This document shows, piece after piece, positions 54,309-64,000 of a stretch of DNA of 64,000 nucleotides (position 1 is the first letter of the stretch; the number at the start of each line of letters is the position of its first letter). The position numbers and the translations under genes are program-made. Location: NCBI RefSeq assembly GCF_009914755.1, contig NC_060931.1. One strand, 5' to 3'. A model generated the notes under the pieces. That model did not search any database and had not been told where the DNA came from. It saw nothing but the letters and a program-made list of their open reading frames with translations. The stretch is from the human T2T-CHM13v2.0 reference genome, Homo sapiens.

Positions 54309-56518
54309 CTTTTTTTAAAAAAAAAAAGGCACATATTGTCAATGTAATTAAAACTTTAAAATATTTATTTTTATCACTTCTTTAGAACTTTTTTTCTGAA
54401 AAAAGAAAGGTTAATAAGACAACTTCCTAATCACTCCTTGCTATTTTGCATTCTTGGACTTTAAAGAACACGTATTTTCAGGTGATCACTGTACTATTCT
54501 TTCAAATTTTCTATAGGCTTTCAAACTAAAGAGTTAGAGGGATGGTCAAACAATTTAAAGAGTTTCTCTAATAATGTCTTAAAATGTGTAGACAGTATAT
54601 GTTTGATTTTCCCACATCTGGTTTTATCCCCCACATTTGAGATGCTTGAAGGTTGACATCTGATTAATTCTATCATAAACAGGGATGCCTTCATGCCTCT
54701 GTACAACTTTGCATATAGAAAATTACTTTTTTTCCCATGCTCTCAGGAAATAAAATATAATGACCATAAGCATCATGAGCAAGGAATCCAGTGCTTCTAG
54801 CTTAATTCATAGCTCCATCTAATCCTCTGTGCAAAGTGAAAGCTCAATGTCAATTGATTATTGTTGCTCACAAATGCTATGTACTAAAAAGCAGATTATT
54901 TTAGTGTCTTACACTTCAGCATATAAAATAAAGGCTTCATTAGGATAGTAAAAGTGCTGTTGAGTTAAAATTCATGGATTAACAACAGCATGTTGTGTCT
55001 TATTTCCCCAACAATTTCTTGCTTTCGCTCCTAAAATCTAAAAGCAAAAAAGGGCCACATTGTTTAAAATGCATTCTCCCTAAAAAATGCTTTATGCTAT
55101 AATCATATCTGCCTAATCCAACACGAGTAACTACTAAATTACAGGTCTGTTTTAGCTGATGTCTGAAAGGCCATTATCTCATAGTTGATTGGCAAAATAT
55201 GAATTCATAAAGAATTTTCCTTTCTGCTTAGGAGGATAACAAAGCAATACAACAATTAAAGGATATCTAATATGCAAAAGACTATATTTAGGGAAATATT
55301 AAATATATAAATAAGTTACTAATAACAGCTATTGTTTTAAGTATTCTGCTATGTGCTGCCATTCATTATCTCCCTTCATTTTCCCTAAACCCCTCTAAGA
55401 TTGGCATTATTTCTATTGAGCAGACGAGATTACTGAGAATCTGAGAGGTGACCTGACTAGCCATCATACAATAAAGCATAGAACCGCTATTAGAATCCAG
55501 CGATCTGTCACCAAAGTCCAGACTCTGCCACAGTTACACTCTTTATTTAATAATATTTTATATTCTGTCTTTGGAAATACCTTTAAAATGTTCAAATGTC
55601 ATACATATGTTAATGTATCCAATGCTTTGAAACTTTATGGGGCAATATAGGGATGAAAATTAAAAAGCAGTGACTGAGGGACCTGGCATAGGCAAAATCA
55701 CAGAGACAGAAAATAGAGCTGGGTGTGATTAGTGTTTAGTGGGTAGAGTTTCTGTTTGGGATAGCAAAATGTTCTGGATGTGGACAGTGGTTAATAGTTG
55801 CAAGACAACATGAATGTACTTAATGTCACTGAATTGTACACTTAAATGATAAACATTGAAATTTTTTATTACAAATTTAAATCTAAATTTTACTATAATT
55901 TAAACAAAAAGCAATGGCTAGACTGAGGAGAGCCAGTTTCAATGCTTCACTAGGCCCCCGACCAGCTGTGAGCAGATCTGGAAGATGGACGGTTGTGCTG
56001 TCTTCTAAATGTAAAATTGCGCAATTTTGGCATTTGCTATCCCACTTACTCCTCACAATAATTATGTGAGATACGTACGGCAGAAAACTCCATTTTTAAG
56101 ATTAAGTATTGAAAAACAGAAAATTATTTAAAAACTATATCAAAAGTTATCTCTTAAAAGAGATTATCTTGAAATCAAAAGAGAGCCAAATAATAATCGT
56201 CATCATTAAAAGGCCCAGGTAAAACATGGGATCTCCTAACCGTAGCCAAAGAGAAAGCAATTTCTGATAACATCTCATTTCATTCCCCTTTATCACTTCT
56301 TCAGTGCTTTCTTTGTCCTCCTTCCTCAGCTATTATAATTCATCTTTATTACCTTAAAAAGAAGTCTGCATTAGGAAAGGGTGAGAGATAATGAAGTAAC
56401 AGAAAAATAATCTCAAACACTTTACTATTTAAATAATAAACCTGGGTAATAGCTTATGAAACAGTGCAGCTCGCCAAAAGTTCATTTCAATTCCTAATAC
56501 ATTTCTACCTCATAGTCT

Positions 56519-57927
56519 TGTGTCCGGAATTGGTGGGTTCTTGGTCTCACTGACTTCAAGAATGAAGCGGTGGACCCTCGCGGTGAGTGTTACAGCTCTT
56601 AAGGTGGCGTGTCTGGAGTTGTTCGTTCCTCCCGGTGGGCTCGTGGTCTCGCTGGGCTCAGGAGTGAAGCTGCAGATCTTCATGGTGAGTGTTACAGCTC
56701 ACAAAAGCAGCGTGGACCCAAAGAGTGAGCAGTAGCAAGATTTATTGCAAAGAGCGAAAGAACAAAGCTTCCACAGTGTGGAAGGGGACCCGAGCGGGTT
56801 GCCAATGCTGGCTCGGGCAGCCCGCTTTTATTCTCTTATCTGGCCCCACCTACATCCTGCTGATTGGTAGAGCCGAGTGGCCTGTTTCGTCAGGGCGCTG
56901 ATTGGTGCGTTTACAATCCCTGAGCTAGATACAAAGGTTCTCCACGTCCCCATCAGGGCAGCTAGATACAGAGTGTCGACTGGTGCACTCACAAACCTTG
57001 AGCTAAACACAGGGTGCTGATTGGTGTGTTTACAAACCTTGAGCTAGATACAGAGTGCCGATTGGTGTATTTACAATCCTTGAGCTAGACACAGAGTGCT
57101 GATTGGTGTATTTACAATCCTTGAGCTAGACATAAAGACTCTCCACGCCCTCACCAGAGCAGCTAGATACAGAGTGTTGACTGGTGCACTCACAAACCTT
57201 GAGCTAAACACAGGGTGCTGATTGGTGTATTTACAATCCCTGAGCTAGATATAAAGACTCTCCACGTCCCCACCAGACTCAGGAGCCCAGCTGGCTTCAC
57301 CTAGTGGATCCTGCACTGGGGCTGCAGGTGGAGCTGCCTGCCAGTCCTGTGCCGGGCGCTCGCATTCCTCAGCCCTTGCGTGGTCGATGGGACTGGGCGC
57401 CGTGGAGCAGGGGGTGGTGCTCGTCGGGGAGGCTCAGGCCGCACAGGAGCCCATGGATTGGGTAGGAGGCTCAGGCATGGCGGGCTGCAGGTCCCGAGCC
57501 CTGCCCCGTGGGAAGGCAGCCAAGGCCCAGCGAGAAATCGAGCGCAGCGCCGGTGGGCCAGCACTGCTGGGGGACTCAGTACACCCTCCGCAGCCACTGG
57601 CCCAGGTGCTAAGTCCCCCATTGCCCGGGGCCAGCAGGGCTGGCTGGCTGCTCTGAGTGCGGGGCCCACCAAGCCCACGCCCACCCGGAACTCCAGATGG
57701 CCCGCAAGTGCAGCACACAGCCCCGGTTCCCGCTCGTGTCTCTCCCTCCACACCTCCCTGCAAGCTGAGGGAGTGGGCTCCGGCCTTGGCCAGCCCAGAA
57801 AGGGGCTCCCACAGTGCAGTGGGGGACTGAAGGGCTCCTCAAATGCCACCAAAGCGGGAGCCCAGGCAGGGGAGGTGCCGAGAGCAAGCAAGGGCTCTGA
57901 GGACTGCCAGCATGCTGTCACCTCTCG
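56519..57927 (-). mobile_element. Solo LTR12C (HERV9 LTR), same orientation as host
   Basis: Minus strand begins GAGAGGTGACAGCATGCTGGCAGTCC and ends CCAATTCCGGACACA; CCAAT-containing tandem repeats at 56860-57270; GATAAGAGAATAAAA core at about 56826-56840; 4-bp TSD GTCT (56515-56518, 57928-57931). Confidence 0.93.
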
Positions 57928-57978
57928 GTCTGGCTATTCTTAAACCACAAATTAATTCGTTAGAAGAAGAAACCTAAC

Positions 57979-58066
57979 CGTTTCAATGCAAAAAGTCATC
58001 TCCCGTTCCAAAGATGAGAGGTGAGAGAAATGATGATCATTTTCAAAAAGTGTTACTAAATGTAAC
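57979..58066 (-). pseudogene. DPY19L2P2: DPY19L2-like exon 3 (88 nt)
   Basis: ttctag|G TTA CAT TTA GTA ACA CTT TTT GAA AAT GAT...GAA ACG|gttagg; [29 protein letters not shown]. Confidence 0.92.
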
Positions 58067-58196
58067 CTAGAAAAAAATGAAGAATCATATTAAAATAAGA
58101 ACAAGTTTCAAAACTAACAGTAAAATAAACAATAAGAAAGCCATAAAAAAGAAAACAATAAATTGTTATAATATTAATTTTATAATTTGCTTACTA

Positions 58197-58695
<499 letters not shown>

Positions 58696-59401
58696 CTAAT
58701 GTACCAGCCTTGGGAAATACCTCCATAACTGTTGAAGAGGGTTCAGAATATAATTTTAAATAAAATTACTTTAGATCAAAGCAGACTTACAATAAGTATA
58801 ATATCACATAAAAGATCAACTTTCAAGTGCCAAAGAATACAGGTGTGTACTTGAAGACCTTTTAGTAGTGAAACTCAACAGCTATAGGCAGTGAAGAAAA
58901 GAGCATATGTGATAAACAAAATTAGCTATGGCCAACAATTATGCTATAGCTAACTTATGTAGTCAGTACTTTCCAGTGAAGTTGAAAATAAAGCAAAGTT
59001 CCATATATTAACCCTGTTTTCCACTAACCCTTCTTTACATGTAGGCCATATGCCAGGGTACCAAAAACTGCAGGAATATTCCCTACCATTGCAGCCTCAG
59101 TTCTAACATCAAAATCTCCCTGCAGACTAAATGTCTAGAGCAGCACTGTGTCAATAGAACATAGGGGCAGATCTCATACCTCCCAAGGGTAGAAATCACT
59201 GAGCACAGGTAAAAATAAAATATTTCAGAAGGAAATATTATTTTACAAATTTTTATAAACACTTTTGTAAAATAATGTACACAGGCTTGCACACTGAAAG
59301 ACTCAGAGCCATTTAACCATATAACCACTGCAGAATCTTTACCTTCTTTTTTACCTGATTTCCAATTGGCAGGTGTTACTAAAACTTTATCACCAAAGTT
59401 A

Positions 59402-59711
<310 letters not shown>

Positions 59712-60052
59712 TCACTAGCAACATATAATTACCATAAAGTAAAGGAAGGTTTTAAATGAACTACACATGCAAAACACACTAGAAAAGCTAGATATTTAAA
59801 GAAACGTGTGGTGAATTATTTGGTAAAGCAAAAATATTTTAATTCATAAGTTACTATTCCCCTAATGCATCTATTTTGTAAATGCTGTTTCACATATGAG
59901 GTTTGTAAAAAAGCAAAATACATGTATAAATTGGTGCACATAAAGATGTTCTACAAATATAGCCAGAAGTTATTGTTTTACTGTATGCAAAGAGTGATGG
60001 CAATTTTTAATTCAAATGTTTTTAAATATTTCAAACTGAAACTACATCTTAC

Positions 60053-60077
60053 CAATGTAGAATTGCCACAAAGACGG
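60053..60077 (-). pseudogene. DPY19L2P2: DPY19L2-like exon 2 (25 nt)
   Basis: ttctttattccag|CCGTCTTTGTGGCAATTCTACATTG|gtaag; encodes (A)VFVAILH(W) in the parental frame. Confidence 0.9.
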
Positions 60078-62269
60078 CTGGAATAAAGAAAAAAAGGAAA
60101 GTTATTAATAGCTGCTTTATTACAAAATACCATTAAAACAAGTATTTCAAATGTATTATTTTACATGTCTAGAAAGATAGCACACAAAGCAAGACCGCCA
60201 GCTAATCCTGTCTCTGTGAGCATAGGAAAAAATCCAGGACACAAAGCAAATTCTGAACAGAGCTTACCTCTCTGCAGCAGGGCTTGATAAGCAAAGGGAG
60301 AAACTTGAGAGGGTTTTTTAACTTCAGGTAATTGGTAAGAGTGATGGAATTATGGAAGATTGTGACCTTTTTTGTTTTTTTTCCAGTATTATTTTCTATT
60401 CCTTTATATGAAATTTTTAAAAGTAGTAAGTATATACAGTATGCTTCAGCTAGTTCTAACCAAGAGGAGCCACTCTAGATCAGTTTCTCTAGCATTCATC
60501 GGAAGATGATTAAATGCAGGAAATCACTTCCTCAGCAGCACATCTAAAAGCCCCAATGTGCAGCTCAACCCTTGATGAATCGCAAGCTTTTTGCAAGAGC
60601 CCAGACCTAGGAGCTACTAGATGGCCTAGGATACTAGTATGGAGTCACCTGGGCCAATGCCCCATGTATACATAAGACTTCACCTGGGAGCTGGGAGACA
60701 CGGCTCTGGGTATGGAGCTTTTACAGGAGCTGCAAACACAGCCTGTGCCCCTGTTTGGTTGGGGAATTCCTTGTTTTCAATTCCCCTGGAGAGAGAAGAG
60801 TGGGGAATAGAACAAGTTAAAACACCACAAACTTTGCTGTTCTTATAGAGGTTCAGCAGCTTTTCTTGAATTAATGCCCTTTACATTGTTGTAAACCTTT
60901 GGTTAATTTCCAAAGTTTTGAAGGAAATGATTTTGATAATTTTCCAAGTATTTTCATTGTCGTCATGGAGGAGTGCATTTCCTTGGCTATTCCAGAAGTC
61001 CTACTTCCCTTCTGAGATTTTATAATGGTATTTCTTATGGTTATCCCAAATATACTTGGCAAGTCATCTTATAAACCACCAATAATAGCCTCTTAAAAAT
61101 TCAAAAATTACTTCACTTGGCTAACAAAATAAATGCAAATTAATTCAATAATTATTGAAGAAATTAAATTTTTAAAAATTAAAAAATTGCAATGTTGAAA
61201 TTCTCAACCATGCTTACCCAGATCTTTTCCTATATTACTAACTGTCCTGGGCTTATCTTAAACACTTCTCGGAAGATTTACTTGTTTTATACCAGGATAG
61301 GCAAAGTATGGCCCATGGTGTATTTTTGGACTGTCTGCAAGCACGGTTGCTATAATTTTTAAAAGGTTGAAAACTTTAAATGGTTGTAAAGATGCTCATT
61401 AATTGTTTATTAGGCTTCATTAATTTTAAAATATACAGACTATCCTGTTCAACTATATTTGTATCCTATTTCTAATTCTCCTAACAATTATATACACTGG
61501 CAAAAACTCTTCAGATGATACATAAGGAAAAGGTCAAATATAGTACCAAATTCATCCAGCTTTCCAAAGATGCTCAAAATCTTTGTCTCTCACTCCCTCC
61601 CTTAACCCACATACCACATATGAAAAAAATGATAAGGTGTAATGATGCCAGTATTCTAAATGCTTGAAGGGCTTATCACATGCCCTTTCCAAGCTGTGAC
61701 AGAAGCATGTCCCCTGGACCCCAGCATCCTATCAATCTCACCTCTGAAGGTGACCCAGCCTCATACTTCACTGAAACAAAGACCATTAGACGCCAGCACT
61801 CCCAGCTTCTTTCATCTCCACTTTAACATTTCTCCATATAGTAATTCTTGCTTTTCTACTCCCTGCCATCTCAGAAAAGGAATTCTCTCTCCTCTTTTCC
61901 ACAGTTAGCTTCTCACATTTGTGCCTTTAATTCTACCCTTCCAAATATTCCAAGACTTGCTCCACTAATTATTTCCTCTCTTGGAATCTTAATCTCATCC
62001 TCTTCCCTTGATCCTTCCCCTCAGCCTTTAAAACTCCTAGACCTTAAAACACTCTCTGCGATCTGACAGCCCTTCAAACCAATATACTCCCTATCTCTCT
62101 CTCTCCCCTGGTTCAATGACAAGATTTTTGGCCAACTTCTGTCTACTCGGACCTTGCTATTATTTCCTACTAGGGACCCACAAACCCTTGCTTGTTAAAC
62201 TGATCTCCTTCAAGACTGAAGAAAAGCGCGATGCGCCTCCCTCCTAGGGCTCTCCTGACCTCTCCTTAC

Positions 62270-62589
62270 CGATGCAGAGTGGTTCTGCTGGGGAACCACC
62301 GCGCCTGCAGTTCGTGCACCTCTTCCCGGAGCTGCGCCAGGGAATTACAGACGAACTGGAAGGGGCCGAGAAGGGCCTTGGCCACCACCTTTAGCTCCAA
62401 GCCTTTTCGCTTTTTCAGATTTGGGATCCTCCCCGGGGAGGACCTCCTGGCGCCCCCCGGCAGTTTCCCGCCGCCTAGGGCCGACTTTTCCACCTCCCGC
62501 TCCCGGGCGGGGGAGGCCCCGCAGGGCCGCTTAGACGGGCTGGGGCGGGAAGATTGCAGCGGCTTTGGGCTTACTCCTTGTTTCTTCAT
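62270..62589 (-). pseudogene. DPY19L2P2: DPY19L2-like exon 1 coding part (320 nt, frameshifted near its 3' end)
   Basis: ATG at 62589-62587, [26 protein letters not shown]...SRTTLH; donor CG|GTAAG at 62269. 320 nt ends in phase 2, but exon 2 needs phase 1. Confidence 0.9.
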
Positions 62590-62674
62590 AATTCCTAGTG
62601 GAGCTGGGTCAATTTCAGGCACAGCCCAGCCGAGTCAGGCGAGGTCCAGAAAGGCCTGACTCGCCTGGCAGCCT

Positions 62675-62780
62675 CAACGGACTTGTCCCCGCAGCCGTTG
62701 ACGAGCCGTTGACTAGCCGTTGACTAGCGGACCTCCTGGTCGTCATGGCGACTGTGAAATGTAGGGTGGGGCGCATGCGT
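62675..62780. promoter_or_regulatory. Motif cluster: four MYB-type CAACGG, RFX X-box, NRF1 site
   Basis: CAACGG at 62675-62680; (AGCCGTTGACN)x3 at 62693-62725; GTCGTCATGGCGAC at 62739-62752; GCGCATGCGT at 62771-62780. Motif matches only. Confidence 0.55.
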
Positions 62781-64000
62781 TGGAAGCCATTCGCGCGGGC
62801 AGTCCCTGCGTGTCCCCCCACGTGCTCCCCAGCGCGCGCAGCACCCCCGCCTCCGCGCTTCCCCGAGCGTGCAGCTTCCGGTGAGGGCAGCCCCACGCAC
62901 AGCCCCCCACACCCTCCCCAGCGCCTGCAGACTTCGGTGCGCGCAGTTCCTAAGCCCACATGCGCAGTTCTCACCTTGCGCGCAGCCTCACGTACAGCCC
63001 CCGACAGGCTCCCAGCCCCACTGGCGCAGAACCCATCACCGCTTGCCCTTCACGCGCTTCATTGGGAGTGCAGCCCCCACCCCGAGCGCACAGCTCCACG
63101 CAGCCTCTCCACACTCTCCCCAGCGCCTGCAGCACCCGCAGTGCGCACAGCTCCGCCAGTAGCTTCCCCGCGCGCCGCCCCTGCACCGCTTCGGGCCATA
63201 ACCTTGCTGGCGACTAAGTCTGAAGAACTTCCCGTGGTTTCATTCTTTTCTTCGCGTTTAGTCTTAGCTCTGACATTTTAACCAAAAGGTTACACGTTAA
63301 TTAACGAGGTATTGAAGGGGAAGATCTCAGCTGAAAGAAATGACTGTAGGAAGTGTGTCAGGGAAGCCAACGGAACCGCCGGCCCGCCGGTGGTGCTCCG
63401 GGCATTAGGAACGTCTCTGCTCTCCTACGATCGCTGAGGTATCGGACAGTCAGTGCCCGTTGCCAACACGGAGGGAACGGGCCGAGACTGCGGGCAACAC
63501 GTGGCAGAGCCGGCGTGAGTCTGGTGGGTCTGATCCCAGAGCCTCAGGTTGACGCCCCTTCCTTGGCACGGGACAGCGTTTACTGAATCTTAGGGGAAAA
63601 TGCTTTTCCAATAAGGTTCCTCAGAAGTCATCAGCCCTAGGAGCGGTGTGCTCAAGCGCTTTCAGCACCAGCCAGGACCAACTAAGAGGGGAGCGCTTAG
63701 CTCCCAGTCACCGCACAGCCCTACAAGAGGCCAAAGCGGCTGGCACAGATGCACTGGGGCCACTGACATTTTCCATGTCCTCTGTCACGGGCCACATGCT
63801 GGAGCCCACACCGCTTCACTTTCCATCTGTTTGATGATGGATCAAATTGAACTCCCATATCCTAACTGACCAGTCTAAAGCATGGCTCATTGTGGCCAGG
63901 TTAATTTTTCCTGATGCAACACAGCACAAAAATGTTCGTGGCCCACAAGTCAAGTCCTAGGCTTGCTCACCAATGCCTTCAATATTTGCCCAATATACCT

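Larger units (their letters stand above)
62200..63600. promoter_or_regulatory. CpG island promoter of the DPY19L2 pseudogene, possibly bidirectional
   Basis: Abrupt shift to high GC and dense CpG covering exon 1 and about 1 kb upstream. Confidence 0.9.

Noticed and set aside
56860-57270. Regularly spaced repeats resembling a CRISPR array
   Set aside because: These are the CCAAT-containing U3 tandem repeats of LTR12; there are no unique spacers or cas genes and the context is eukaryotic.
57301-57943. Long overlapping ORFs of 187-206 aa
   Set aside because: They lie wholly in the GC-rich part of LTR12C, where stop codons are scarce; no recognisable protein.
62231-63586. Other ORFs in the CpG island (142 aa, 178 aa and shorter)
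   Set aside because: Low-complexity Pro/Ala/Arg translations expected from GC-rich DNA; only the minus-strand exon 1 frame has homology.

Overview
Primate (almost certainly human) genomic DNA: AT-rich, repeat-dense, ending in a CpG island at about 62.2-63.6 kb. Most of the window is the 5' half of an intron-containing, duplicated DPY19L2 paralogue on the minus strand. I located exons 1-12 by hand; exons 2-12 keep the lengths and phases I recall for the parent gene. Exon 1 is 2 nt short, which frameshifts the spliced product to a stop in exon 3. The frame from exon 2 to exon 12 is otherwise open. From recalled sequences the best fit is DPY19L2P2 (7q22.1), but DPY19L2P1 is not formally excluded. 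The introns hold a processed S100A11 pseudogene nested in an old L1PA, a full-length inactive L1PA4/5-type element, a solo LTR12C, about 15 Alus, MaLR LTRs, MER2, MARNA and many old L1M/L2/MIR remnants. Four observations stand out. (1) The L1 antisense ORF0 is intact, extended, points the same way as the host, and one of its splice donors is in frame with exon 7. (2) A sense-oriented LTR12C sits just past the frameshift-induced stop and could restart transcription ahead of a 255-codon open frame. (3) A roughly 265-bp, about 98%-identical inverted templated copy fused to an L1 fragment brackets exons 5-6. (4) The promoter has clustered MYB, RFX and NRF1 motifs. There is no CRISPR-like or prokaryotic system. 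All functional claims are hypotheses from sequence alone.
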